A DNA stretch of 64,000 nucleotides from an uncultured virus (IMG/VR IMGVR_UViG_3300048839_000486) (taxonomy: Duplodnaviria > Heunggongvirae > Uroviricota > Caudoviricetes), in the IMG/VR virus record IMGVR_UViG_3300048839_000486; one strand, given 5' to 3'. Position numbers and translations under genes: made by a program. Below the pieces are notes generated by a model. It had not been told where the DNA came from, did not search any database, and saw nothing but the letters and a program-made list of their open reading frames with translations. Below are positions 26,801 through 35,513 of this stretch, piece after piece. The first letter of the stretch is position 1. Each line of letters opens with the position of its first letter.

Positions 26801-29800
26801 CCGGATACTGCTTCGGTAGTTGGACTGCGAAGATCGGGGTGCCCGTCTTTGTGTTCGTGGTTTTCAGGAGCGTGAGCGGGATTCGCTCGCCGTCGCCCTT
26901 GTTGGTGCCGACCTTGGATGGCGTCTCTGTCTTCGCCGGGGGAGGGGGAGGCTCTGGGGTTGGTGCCGGTTTCGGCGGCTGCTTCTCCTTTGCCTTCTGC
27001 TCCGGTTTTGGCCCAGCCTCCGGTGTTGCCTGTGGCTCGGTCTGCTTTTCGGGCGGCTCGCCCTTACCAGCCGCGATCTGCTGCTTGGCGAACTCATCGA
27101 ACGAAGGAACGTCGATCGGGTCGCCATCATAATCCGGCGGCATACCCTTCGCCTGCTCTCTCACGGCGGAATGGTAATCTCTCATCAACCCGCGAGCATC
27201 GGGTTCACTTACGCCGTAATCCTTGGCCACCTTCTTGGCGAACCGATCATAGTCCTCTGCGTACCCTTGACGCTTTACGGGGTCGCCCGACATAGACTTC
27301 TTTGTCGCTGCCACCAAGTCGAAAAGCCACGAATCCTCATCCCCCTTGAAGCGGACCCGGACGCCAGTGTTCACTCCGCGCCCTAGCCATCGCGTTACAG
27401 ATGGACGGTTTCTTGATGGCTGCTTCACCCCACTCCCAGACGTGGCCGGCGCGGGCGGCTTGGCCGCAACCTTCGGCTCCTCCGGCTTTGGCGCCGTCTT
27501 CGGCGGCGCGATCGGCGCCGGCGGCTCAGTGAACGTGCCGGACTTGCCCGGCCCGGCAGTAGACCCCTGGGGGGCCGGCTGAGGCGGCTTGATTGCCCCC
27601 TCTCCACCCCCCTTTGTCGCTTGTGGGGTCTTCCCGGTATCCGCCGATGGCGGCTGTGCAATCTCGATCGGGGCCTTTCCACCAACAGGGGCGCCCGGCG
27701 CTTTGTCTTTCGGCGGCGCCACGTCCGTCGTTCCCATGCCGGACTGCTTCACCCCGCCCAACTTGACAGATGTCGCCTTCCCGTTCTCGTCCCGGAAGCT
27801 GATTGCGTCGATCGTGAGCGATCGGCCCTCCGCGAAATCCTTGCCCGCGTACTTCTTCCCGCGCCCCGGCTTCACATAGGCCACGGTCACATGCGGCTTG
27901 TATTCGGGAAAGGATTCCTCGTTCGGGACAGACTTCTTGATCGCTTCATGGATTGCCTGCAATTCCGGCGAATCCACATCGACCTTGACGACATCCTGCT
28001 CCGCGCCCTCGAACAGAGAAGTCTTCCCAAGGGAAACCGTGATCGGCGGCATGTCGGCAAGCGTCTTCTTTACCTGCTCCAGCGCGTCGCCCTTCAACCC
28101 GTACTTGACGGTGATATGCGGCTCGTTCTCCCGGCCCTTGCCGACCAGATCATCCTCGTCTACTTCTGCGGCGCCCTTTCGGATCACATCGGCTGTCCCT
28201 TGGGGCAGGTCGATCTGTGTGGTGGCCGACTGGTGAAGCGTAGTCCGCTTCTTCTCGATCATGCTGCCGGCGTCATCCAGGACGGAGCGCAGTGCATCAC
28301 GCACAGCGGGGTCCGCGCCCTTGTTGGATTCCAGCTTGGCTTTCGCCTCTTCGATCTGCTCCTTCAGGATTGCGACATTCTCTGGATCATCGAAGATGGC
28401 GGGGTCCTGCTGAATCGCCTCGATATTGCCCCGCGTGATCTCGACAATCTGGTCAAGCTCATCGGTCTGGTCTTCCGGAGGAAGCGTCGAAGCGGGAATC
28501 TTCCCACCTTTGGCCGGCGCGGCGCCAGCATCCGACATCGGACGTGGCGGCTCGCCCGTCACGCTGTGCCCGGTCTGCTGGTCGATGTCAGCGGGGGGCC
28601 GTTCCTGCATCGCCCCCTTGCCGGCCTTGGCGGCGACATCGCCACGGGCGGCGGTCGCATCCATAATGCCTTCCACTAATGCGCCAGTAGCGCCGGACCC
28701 GGCGCCAGTACCCGCCCCCGCAGGGGTGCCGGCTGTTGCTGGCGCGGTAGGAGTCACCGCTGGAGGAGATTGCCCGCCCGCTGGAGGCTTGTTGACTGGG
28801 TTTCTTGGTCGCCCAGAGGCCGTACTGCTCGTGCGAGGTGCGGAACCACGCGGCGGCTGCTTGCCTGGAGCAATGGGGACTCGCGATGCAGCGCCGGGCA
28901 CTGACCCAGATGGATTGGCCGCCAGAATGTCCCCGATTATCCCGCTTGGAGTTGGCGGCTCGACAGACGCAGAGTTCGGCCTTGGGCCGCTAGGCGTGGC
29001 ATTGATGATCTCTGTGAGGTTGGCCGGCGGATCTTTTTCAATAACCCGAGTTGGCTTAGATCCGGGCGATGGAGCCATGCCGGTTTCGCCAGATGTCGTC
29101 CTGATTCCGGGACCTGAAATCGTGGTAGATCGCCCGCCGCCAAGCGAAGCCTCTGTCGCTTTGGCAATATCATCCAGTATTGACGACGGCAGTTTGATTG
29201 GTTCAGGGGCGCTAGGCGTAGATAGCCCTCCCTGCGGGAAGGGGCCAGATCCGGCAGAGGAGCCACTGCCTCGACGCGGACGTACGCCACCGCCTGGACC
29301 CGCGCTACTGGAGCCCATCTTCCCGCCTGGGCGGCCTGCTTGTGGCGGATTTGCTACACCACCGCCAGCCGTCACATCTCCGGGCGCCGCTGGCGGCTCG
29401 CCACTGCCGCCCATCTTTGCCTTGGCCCACTCTGCCGTTTTCTGATAGCCGTTCTTGGTCGAATGCAAGAGCAATGCAGCCATCAGTCCTTCAAATGTGG
29501 CCTGCCCAAGTTCGCCAGCCGCCCCCTGCGTGTCGCCCGCCATCATTTTTTCGACGGCAGCATGAACCGATCGAGCCGTCTGCACCCCGGCAGTCGCGGC
29601 TCCGACCGTCACCATCCCCTGATAGAGCCCTTGCGCGATAGAGACGGACTTCATCGCGGCCAACTGCGGGGCGGCAACGAAACCAGCCATCGTCTTCGTG
29701 GCGCCGGGCGTCGTTAAGGATTCAGCCGCCTGCGCCATCCGCTTGAAGTATTCCTCCGTGCTTGACGCCGGCTGATCGGCAAACATCTTCGACAGGGGGA

Positions 29801-30512
29801 TCATCGGCGTTTCTTGCCGGTCTTGGTACTTCGAGAATTCCTCCGTGCCAAAATCCGCAGCCGATTGGAGGCGCGGGTCCCCCGCCGCGATGCCCTCGAA
29901 GACCTTCTTGGCTGAATCACGGTTTCCGAACGACATCTTCAGCCAGTCTGAAATCCCGAAACTGGGAGCATCCGCACCAGCGGGGGCAGGAACAGTGGCA
30001 GCCGGGGCCGCCACTGCGGGGCGCTGACCGTACTCTGCTGGTGAAATCTCACGCACGTCCATCCGTGTCGCCAGATTCGGAAGCTCCAATTTGTACTTCT
30101 TGTCGAACTCCGCGTAGGCCGGGTCCATCGGAGCGGGCGGTTCCGCGCCCTTGCCGGGTTCGGCGCTGCGCATCGTGGCCCAATCCTTCGTAGAGGGGTC
30201 AGTGGATACGCCGACCGTTTGCCGGGTATCCTGCGTCATGCCGCCGATGAAATCCGAAAGCTCTTTGTGCCCGCCCAGATCCCGCCTCTCTGGAGGAGTA
30301 ATATTGTAACTCTGTGGGAATTTCAGGAAATACAAGCGCCGCTTGGTCATGTTGTCCAACGGCAAGGAGTCGAAGCTGCCACGGAACGATGCGGAATCCT
30401 GCGCAGCCATGAACGAATCCCAGGCTTTTGCCTTAATGTCGTTCGGGCTCGAATCAGAAACCAGAATCGACTTCAGAAGCTCTTTCTGTTTGTTCGCGTC
30501 TGCCACTGGCAA
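20877..30512 (-). CDS. Giant DarB-like polyvalent virion protein: 2H phosphoesterase + N6-adenine MTase + SNF2-like helicase
   Basis: 3211 aa. HIT and HVT 2H motifs; LESSAGVG and TNVPF MTase motifs; HPVGYGKT, IVDEAH, LATGTP and QREGRILRQGN helicase motifs. Confidence 0.9.
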   Translation of the reverse strand: MPVADANKQKELLKSILVSDSSPNDIKAKAWDSFMAAQDSASFRGSFDSLPLDNMTKRRLYFLKFPQSYNITPPERRDLGGHKELSDFIGGMTQDTRQTVGVSTDPSTKDWATMRSAEPGKGAEPPAPMDPAYAEFDKKYKLELPNLATRMDVREISPAEYGQRPAVAAPAATVPAPAGADAPSFGISDWLKMSFGNRDSAKKVFEGIAAGDPRLQSAADFGTEEFSKYQDRQETPMIPLSKMFADQPASSTEEYFKRMAQAAESLTTPGATKTMAGFVAAPQLAAMKSVSIAQGLYQGMVTVGAATAGVQTARSVHAAVEKMMAGDTQGAAGELGQATFEGLMAALLLHSTKNGYQKTAEWAKAKMGGSGEPPAAPGDVTAGGGVANPPQAGRPGGKMGSSSAGPGGGVRPRRGSGSSAGSGPFPQGGLSTPSAPEPIKLPSSILDDIAKATEASLGGGRSTTISGPGIRTTSGETGMAPSPGSKPTRVIEKDPPANLTEIINATPSGPRPNSASVEPPTPSGIIGDILAANPSGSVPGAASRVPIAPGKQPPRGSAPRTSSTASGRPRNPVNKPPAGGQSPPAVTPTAPATAGTPAGAGTGAGSGATGALVEGIMDATAARGDVAAKAGKGAMQERPPADIDQQTGHSVTGEPPRPMSDAGAAPAKGGKIPASTLPPEDQTDELDQIVEITRGNIEAIQQDPAIFDDPENVAILKEQIEEAKAKLESNKGADPAVRDALRSVLDDAGSMIEKKRTTLHQSATTQIDLPQGTADVIRKGAAEVDEDDLVGKGRENEPHITVKYGLKGDALEQVKKTLADMPPITVSLGKTSLFEGAEQDVVKVDVDSPELQAIHEAIKKSVPNEESFPEYKPHVTVAYVKPGRGKKYAGKDFAEGRSLTIDAISFRDENGKATSVKLGGVKQSGMGTTDVAPPKDKAPGAPVGGKAPIEIAQPPSADTGKTPQATKGGGEGAIKPPQPAPQGSTAGPGKSGTFTEPPAPIAPPKTAPKPEEPKVAAKPPAPATSGSGVKQPSRNRPSVTRWLGRGVNTGVRVRFKGDEDSWLFDLVAATKKSMSGDPVKRQGYAEDYDRFAKKVAKDYGVSEPDARGLMRDYHSAVREQAKGMPPDYDGDPIDVPSFDEFAKQQIAAGKGEPPEKQTEPQATPEAGPKPEQKAKEKQPPKPAPTPEPPPPPAKTETPSKVGTNKGDGERIPLTLLKTTNTKTGTPIFAVQLPKQYPDDVYRRLKDKATELGGYWSRFPASKGFHFKSEAAANKMLEAFGNPVSGGAEPKQPETKPSTATEPPKPLTEKSERPASDAAKKEDQPDATGSTIKAGEQGDAAEKPKTQTTAGQRAPSAEKPTQAEAGGADASGSEDRGPLEGEPSEGSEGTAKAGSTGVGYGGGGGNARPGSPQRDGKRTGEAGSAESGEQDVPVSAGGKRGGEPGSGSDPAIGDVAKDKPKTAAPKPPKQPDHVIQDEDGVGAGGFDTRVNNNMAAVRLLKKLEEEGRTDLTEGERKILSLYSGWGGLNKLFKAGYWDDFEKHGGGYSGWSGGELYKKQREFFELVGQKAYQDAMDSSINANYTSPEVIKLHWELMRQLGVKEGGRWLESSAGVGLYLGLQPLDMTIGTKRAAVELDPTSGGIAKLLYPNANVSIKGFEKTKYPHNFFDYAVTNVPFADIRIADKDYRKESWMTANTHNYFIGKNIDLVKPGGIVSVISTSSSLDSIKATKFREEMAKKADFVGAIRLPQDTFSKNAGASVTTDILIFRKRHEGEQPGGEPWVNTVEVDLPNNGGTVRMNEYFQKHPEMILGNLDVDRRYHKPGEGIGIPSVQGKFTEEAFREAMARLPKDIFNAGEVVEPPAAILGVSEVPEAGETREDGFVIRNGEVYVRKGELFRKVDTKPREKKVIEKYLTVRDAVRDVHRVQADRKATDFEVKTAQRNLKAKYDAFVKEFGYVNDSANEKIIEPDSDSSGVLALEHYIEYKERLPLQPGQKRAQFKKHVEVRLADIFTERVIPLTSDKIESGDPLEAVKSSVNLFGRIHWGKIEKATGMPKDEIVRVLKGELFLDPDKNEYVLASHYLAGRVKDKLKKAIEAAKFDSAFKENVEALRAVIPADRSIDGPGITITLGGPWIPSEVYEEFIDHIAGDEYYTSKKGVTVRHAAEAGYWSVEAPTHKTTTKARDRWGTSRVDAVELIQLAMNQKSPVVYDKDADGNRFKNDTATIEAQAKQEAIREEFSRWVVHDYHDKARMQRLFNDTFNAEIEPTFDGSNLTLPGMSTAGLRGGWPDKHQLNAIARTTQEPSTLIAHPVGYGKTLVLVATAMEWRRLGLAKKPLMMVPNSLVAKTRAEILERYPQARVLTVSSQDVQEGNREKIVARISTGNYDVILMSDETFKRIPSSEAMIRDYYDTELAEIDAQLAELAVDDGVKNLQELLDDDDAKAKREASLAFKNLLKHRRRTKALMEKRLEATEKDKGVLWETLGIDGIIVDEAHMLKNLAFSTKMSGVKGIQHSGNGLTADFTMKLDHIRKMSGGRNVVLATGTPILNTMGELFAMQRYLIPDKLREMGIYHFDAWAAMFGKVQKVRDVKADNKGFNIVNRFSKFVNGQALVGLTRSFMDLPPADTVKIPVPKLKGGARTVVVCEGGQPFEDYKDVITHRMEVVKSGKFDPRLDNLLKITGDARKAAMDMRLHDPSLPPPPNGKAAKAVEKIFSIWEETDEQKGTQLVFADLSVPNRNKKGADVVEEADENLSPEEEEEAWLNEEGEEESEAGDTDRFSMYEEIKRGLIERGVPENEIAFIHDYKTRADKLRLTAAMNSGLIRVLIGSTGKMGVGMNVQQRLKALHHLDAPWRPGDMLQREGRILRQGNMFDEVEIINYVTSGSFDSFMYDAIERKARFIVDLLSGRVAMDEFEDVDDTVLSFKQIKLMASGNLEMQEQGEIELRLMELGAMRRGYENSRFTLRHEVATLPGVVKGLKAQAEAGRAAIEKMEKEHPASDGEFSLQSLKGRDVEAEFIKAKDDEQKITEVKTKAGDAIFAKVRSLHESGQRDAAPVAVYRGVEIWAKYLHDQARVKSDAPEGRPEVKFDPQFVEITYRIPGTNSYMPAMEGHNLQSESSLGLIQTIQNHVNTKSMAKYVESDEEMYKRKQAQLESAKEELDRPWEKQEEYDRLMMRNVELRRLLGLDEDQETGDVDDDGGDGGGSEPPKPRR

Positions 30513-30562
30513 CTCCTAATACCTGCAACCTAAAACCTGCCAACCCGCCACGCCTCACTCAG

Positions 30563-30838
30563 CTAGTATGGACCGGGTTCCGCCCCCACAGCCGCCGCCG
30601 CCGGCTCACCCGATTCCACCGGGACTTCCGGGGCCATCTTGATCTGCTTATTCAAAAACTCGTCGATCATCTTCTTCTGCCGCCCAGTGCCTTGTGCTGC
30701 GTGAATCGCAGTACGCACCGATTCCCAGACTGGCTTTGGTGCCGTCTTGTACTGCCCGCCAACGTAGCGCAGAATCTGCGAAGCCTTATCCGGGGCAAAA
30801 GCGGACATCGCCTTCGCCGCAGCAATGGCCGCGACCAT
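30563..30838 (-). CDS. Small ORF, possibly the frameshifted C-terminus of the 30786-32474 protein
   Basis: Overlaps the previous ORF by 53 nt and has no clear RBS. Confidence 0.45.
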   Translation of the reverse strand: MVAAIAAAKAMSAFAPDKASQILRYVGGQYKTAPKPVWESVRTAIHAAQGTGRQKKMIDEFLNKQIKMAPEVPVESGEPAAAAVGAEPGPY

Positions 30839-32474
30839 CGTGGCGAGACGACCAGTAATACGGGCTGAGGTCTCCGTGCCCCTTGAGCGCCAAATTCTTC
30901 TGCGCCGCCTCGATCATGCCTTCGAGGTTCACCAGGTTGCGGTCCCGCTCGCCAAATTCCTTCCATGTCATCGGCTTGCCGTTAATACTTGGCGGTGTGA
31001 TGCCAGCCTCCTCGAACTTCATGTAGAGCAAGTTGCGAGCGTTGTTGTTCATGACGAAGCTCGCCTCTTTTTCGCCCATGGACTTGGTGGCGGTGTCATC
31101 CATGGCGCCGCTTCGGGCCGCTTCAAATTGAGACTTCCGGAGGTTCGCGGCCTTCCGCTGCTGGTTGACCTCATCGACCGACTTCATCAGCGCGGGGTCA
31201 TGAGGATTCGCCGGCGTGAACGCGCCCTTCCCGGTAAACTCCACGGGCTCGAATTCACCCGAATACGGCCTGTTCGCGTATGCGTTATTCACCTCGCTCT
31301 TGGCCGGCGCCCTCGTGGGGTCCAAGCCGAATCGCTCGCCGGTCCTTTCTCCGAGGTACTGATTTACCGCATCGAAGTATCCCGTATGGGTGTGAATCGC
31401 CCCCGGCTGCCCCGACGCAGCCACTTCATCCCATAGCCCAGAAAGCGGCTTCAGCCGAGGGTTTTGCGCTACCAAGGCGGGATGCGGCTCAACGATGTCA
31501 GACTTGCTGACAAACATAAGGGCCGGATCGTTAGTCGCCATCGTGTCAGCAACCGCCTGGTCCCGAGCCGTGGAACCGCGCCCCATCTGCTCGTCGATGT
31601 AAGCCCGCCCTTTGCGTCCGGGGCCAATTCCTTCCTCCCAGGCAAGTTTTTGCGCCGCCTGGATCTCATCGGCGGTATGGAGTCCCCCGGCGTGAGGGAA
31701 TAGGGAATCATGCAGAACCCGGCCAAACCTCGACCGCAATGGGGCCGTCGCTGCGCTCGCGGTCCTGACTGCCGTAAGAGGAATCGCCGTCGCCGGATCA
31801 ATGACATCCGCCGCCGTCATCATGGCACGTCCGGCGTCGGACACCCTGCCTGCCACCGCCGCCGCCTTCCCCGCTTTGGTCGTAGCCCCGGCTTTACCCG
31901 CCACCTTCGCGGCAACCCGGCCAACCGTGCCGGCGGTTTTCAGGGCGGCGCCCGCTCCCGTTGGGATCAGGGCGACATCCGACAGGAATCCAGCCGGGTC
32001 CGTCCTGACCGTATTCGCGGCAGATTCGATGCTCCCGTAGCGCTCCTTGTAGGCGTCCACGAAGGCGCGGCGCACGTCGGCGCCCCTGAAGACCGTAGGG
32101 CTGACAGGACCATCTTCGCTCGAAATAAATCCAAATCGCGCCGGGTCATACACTGTATCTCGACCTGTCAATAGCGAAGTCATAGCCTTCGCGGTCTTCA
32201 CTGGGCTACTCACCGCCTCCCAGATGCCACCCAGAACGCCGCCAACCGACTCCGGGGCGTACCGCGCCATATCGCTGAAGGCAGACACCCCGCTGGCGTC
32301 GAATGGCTCGTAGGTGTCGCCGTGCTCCTTGGAATAGAAGTCGAACCACTGCTCTGGTGTCTTGCCTTGCCGCTCAGGTAGGCCCTCCGCCGCCTTATAG
32401 AGATCGGCTTCCGACATAAACTTCGAGGGATCGTCCTTGCGTCGGAGGTATCGGGTTTTGCTTCCAGCGGACAT
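30786..32474 (-). CDS. Putative internal virion / ejection protein
   Basis: 562 aa with Ala/Gly-rich amphipathic segments; lies among the ejection-like genes. Confidence 0.6.
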   Translation of the reverse strand: MSAGSKTRYLRRKDDPSKFMSEADLYKAAEGLPERQGKTPEQWFDFYSKEHGDTYEPFDASGVSAFSDMARYAPESVGGVLGGIWEAVSSPVKTAKAMTSLLTGRDTVYDPARFGFISSEDGPVSPTVFRGADVRRAFVDAYKERYGSIESAANTVRTDPAGFLSDVALIPTGAGAALKTAGTVGRVAAKVAGKAGATTKAGKAAAVAGRVSDAGRAMMTAADVIDPATAIPLTAVRTASAATAPLRSRFGRVLHDSLFPHAGGLHTADEIQAAQKLAWEEGIGPGRKGRAYIDEQMGRGSTARDQAVADTMATNDPALMFVSKSDIVEPHPALVAQNPRLKPLSGLWDEVAASGQPGAIHTHTGYFDAVNQYLGERTGERFGLDPTRAPAKSEVNNAYANRPYSGEFEPVEFTGKGAFTPANPHDPALMKSVDEVNQQRKAANLRKSQFEAARSGAMDDTATKSMGEKEASFVMNNNARNLLYMKFEEAGITPPSINGKPMTWKEFGERDRNLVNLEGMIEAAQKNLALKGHGDLSPYYWSSRHDGRGHCCGEGDVRFCPG

Positions 32475-32483
32475 AGGTCCCTC

Positions 32484-34850
32484 CTAGAACAACTTGGGCG
32501 TGCCTTTTCCGGGCTTCGGCGGCTCACTCTTCCCGCCTGCTGCCGATGGTGACGCGAATGGGTTATCCCCACGGCCCGCGCCGGAAGAGGCGCCGGCAGG
32601 CGTCGGGCTCCCGCCGCCGCTACCGTACTTCTCCCTGTAGTGCTCGTACATCTCGCCAGACAGGATGTAATCCGCCCGAAATGGCCGATCCGACACGCGA
32701 GATCCCCACTGATCCTCCAGGTGCAGGATGGACGGACGGACCTCCTGCGCGAACAGGTCCATCGCATCCTTTCTCAGGTCCTCCATCACGCGAATCATGA
32801 CATTGCGAGTGGCGTCACTCAGGACACGACCGCTGCCACCGTGCTTGAGAAGCTCCTCGGCCGCTTTCATCTCGGCCTTGATCGACTCAAGCCGACCGCC
32901 GGACTCGGCCATGATCTTGCGTTCCGCGTCCCGGATGCCGGTCTGCGGGTCGATCGAGCGGCCAAACGCAGCAACGAGCAACTGGTCGATCGGGCCATGC
33001 ACGCCCCTCGCAGAGTATCCCTTCGCTGCTGTCAATGCGCCGGTCACGATGCCGCCCAAGGCAGTGAAGTGCCGGCCCGCCGGACTGCTGCGAATCCTGT
33101 TGCGCTCATCGCTGATCGCCTTGTCCAAGTAGTCCCGGTCCTTCTTGGGCGCGTTGGCCTCTCGAAGCGCGGCGGCGATCGCCCGGCTCTGCTCTCGCGC
33201 ATGGCGCCGATCCAGCGCCGACTCCAGATCCTTGGCTACCTGTTGCAGTTTGCCCATCGGATCGCTGGAGGACTTCGATGCAAGGCGCACCCGCTCCGTA
33301 TACGATTTGACGAGATCAGGGTAGCCCTGCGCCATAGACTGAACGTGGGCGGTAGTCGCCGCCACCTCGCGGGCCATCTCTTCCGGATCAATGCCCGCCT
33401 TCTGGATGGGTGGACGCTGGTTGCCAATGTTGACGAACCCGGACGCCTCCGGGGTTCCCTGAATTGGAAGCTCTGTGCCGGCCTCCACGCGCATCGACCT
33501 ATTCCCCTGCGGGTCCACAACGCCATAGTCCCGCACGCGAATCCGTTCTCCTGTCTTCTCGTTCCAGAGCGTGTACTCGCGGGTCTGCGCACCAAACACC
33601 TTCTGGAGCATTCCGACACGCAACCGCTGGCGTGCATCCAGCGGCGCCGCGCCGATCAGCGACTGGTTGGCCCCCTGTAGCGCGGTATCGCCATCGGCCT
33701 CCATGGGGAACTGCCTGCCTTGTGGCGTCGGCTGCGGCCCCGGCTGCATCGGAGACGCTTGAGGCGTTTGAGACACTTGAGGCACTTGGGACACTTGGGA
33801 CGTTTGAGACGCAACGGCTGGAGGCATGGCCGCCGCCTGGGGCTGCCCCTGCGCGACCGGTTGGCCCTGTTGAGGATTTGCTTGCGGAGCCTGCCCATGC
33901 CAAGGCAGGGGTCCGGTAGCCATCTGCGTCAGCGCCTGAAGCGGGCCGGCTCCCGGCCCGGCATCCGTCGCCGCGCCGCCGCCCGAAAACTGGTTCGCGG
34001 CCAGCATCAAGGAGGATGACTGGCCCTGTGCGTCCGGCGTCGGACCTTGAGCGGTTGGCCCTTGAGCGACCGGAGCCTGCGCTGTCTGCCCCTGCTGCCC
34101 CGGCGCGGCGGGCGGCTGCCCGCCTGGCGAAGCGCCGGCGCCGATCTCATCGTACAGGCCCATCATCATGGCTTCCTGCGGAGACACGCCTACCGTTTGC
34201 AGGAAAACCTTCATCGGCTCGTTCATCGGGACGCCGGCGCTGGTCAGTAGCTCATAACCCTTACGCGCCGCATCGTGGTTCATGAGCCGATCCTTCAGGA
34301 TGCGCCCGTTGGGGTCCTTGGACTCGTTGGCCGCCTGATTCCACAGCGCCAGCGCTTCCTCCTGGACAGACTGTGTGGTCTTTCCTGTCAGCATCCTCTG
34401 GTAGAGGTTGCCGAGGTCTTCATCGCCGAGGGGTTTCACTTTGGGGGCGCCCGGACCCAGGAGGTTCCTCGCCGTCTGTGTCACGAAATTGAAAAGGGGG
34501 TTGGAGTTCTTTTTGTCTACCGGCTTGGTACTGGCAACCTCCCCAACGAGACGCTGCATGATGTCTTGCTGAATAGCCTGCTTCTCTGGCTCGATCAGGC
34601 TGGACTGCTCAACCTGCCGGCCCAGCATCTCCAGCGCCGTGATGTTCCGCGCCCTCTGCTGCTCGGCCTGCTCGCGCTGCGCCTGCCGGCTCTCGCTGGC
34701 TCCCTTCAGGAAGCTAGTGGCGAACTGCGTGATGGCAGCAAACGGCCCGCCCCACCCGGCCATCGCCGCCTGGTTGTCGGCGGGGAGTCGGGGCGGCTGC
34801 GCCGGCTGCGTGAGTTGATCTGTGAATGGACCTCGCGGCATGGAACCCAT
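32484..34850 (-). CDS. Putative internal virion / ejection protein
   Basis: 788 aa with a Q/P/A-rich linker and helical composition; position in the late cluster. Confidence 0.6.
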   Translation of the reverse strand: MGSMPRGPFTDQLTQPAQPPRLPADNQAAMAGWGGPFAAITQFATSFLKGASESRQAQREQAEQQRARNITALEMLGRQVEQSSLIEPEKQAIQQDIMQRLVGEVASTKPVDKKNSNPLFNFVTQTARNLLGPGAPKVKPLGDEDLGNLYQRMLTGKTTQSVQEEALALWNQAANESKDPNGRILKDRLMNHDAARKGYELLTSAGVPMNEPMKVFLQTVGVSPQEAMMMGLYDEIGAGASPGGQPPAAPGQQGQTAQAPVAQGPTAQGPTPDAQGQSSSLMLAANQFSGGGAATDAGPGAGPLQALTQMATGPLPWHGQAPQANPQQGQPVAQGQPQAAAMPPAVASQTSQVSQVPQVSQTPQASPMQPGPQPTPQGRQFPMEADGDTALQGANQSLIGAAPLDARQRLRVGMLQKVFGAQTREYTLWNEKTGERIRVRDYGVVDPQGNRSMRVEAGTELPIQGTPEASGFVNIGNQRPPIQKAGIDPEEMAREVAATTAHVQSMAQGYPDLVKSYTERVRLASKSSSDPMGKLQQVAKDLESALDRRHAREQSRAIAAALREANAPKKDRDYLDKAISDERNRIRSSPAGRHFTALGGIVTGALTAAKGYSARGVHGPIDQLLVAAFGRSIDPQTGIRDAERKIMAESGGRLESIKAEMKAAEELLKHGGSGRVLSDATRNVMIRVMEDLRKDAMDLFAQEVRPSILHLEDQWGSRVSDRPFRADYILSGEMYEHYREKYGSGGGSPTPAGASSGAGRGDNPFASPSAAGGKSEPPKPGKGTPKLF

Positions 34851-34862
34851 CTCGGAGCCTCC

Positions 34863-35450
34863 CTATACGACGGTCGCGCCGCCCGGCGACTGCGGTTTCT
34901 TCATGCCCCCGGCTGCAATCTGCCCACCCAACCCGGCGGCCTGTCCGATCGCGCCCATCGTCGCCGATTTCCTCGCCGTCGCGTTCTGGATCAACGATTG
35001 GTTGCCAGCCACCCCGCCCTCCAGAAACCTGGACCCGGCGCCGAGTTGTTGCAACCCGAAATTCCCCTGTTCGCCGCCCGCGCCAAATAGAGTCTGCAAC
35101 CCCTCCAGGAATGTCTTCGTCTGCATGTCGGCAACTTGGGCATTTGCATCCCTGCCAGTTCGCGCAAGCATGTAATCGCGAACCGGCCCCTCTCGCACCG
35201 TGTCGAACACGTTGTTCACCGTTGCCTGCTGCGATCGCTTCAATTGCGACATCGGGATAGACAACGCCCGGTTATAGGCCGTCTGGTCCCCACTTACGAT
35301 GTCTTTCGCGAACTGGATGGCTGGGGCCTGAAGCTCGTCCATACGGCCAAGGCGCTGCTTGGAATGATCCAACTGCTCCTTCGCCATATTCGTTTGCGTT
35401 TGAATAAGTTGGCGCTGGTTCTGTTCGGCTTGTTTGTCGCGTCCGCTCAT
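34863..35450 (-). CDS. Putative DNA pilot / small ejection protein
   Basis: 195 aa, Gln-rich, with a Gly/Ala-rich hydrophobic C-terminus (MGAIGQAAGLGGQIAAGG). Confidence 0.55.
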   Translation of the reverse strand: MSGRDKQAEQNQRQLIQTQTNMAKEQLDHSKQRLGRMDELQAPAIQFAKDIVSGDQTAYNRALSIPMSQLKRSQQATVNNVFDTVREGPVRDYMLARTGRDANAQVADMQTKTFLEGLQTLFGAGGEQGNFGLQQLGAGSRFLEGGVAGNQSLIQNATARKSATMGAIGQAAGLGGQIAAGGMKKPQSPGGATVV

Positions 35451-35469
35451 GAGCTACACGCCTCCAACC

Positions 35470-35484
35470 TCCGAACTAGCACAA
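35470..35484 (-). promoter_or_regulatory. Repeated late-region motif TTGTGCTAGTTCGGA, copy 1
   Basis: Identical 15-mer at 35470, 53621 and 56526, all intergenic and upstream of minus-strand genes. Confidence 0.7.
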
Positions 35485-35513
35485 AAACAAGAATTTGTGA
35501 ACCAAATAGGGGT

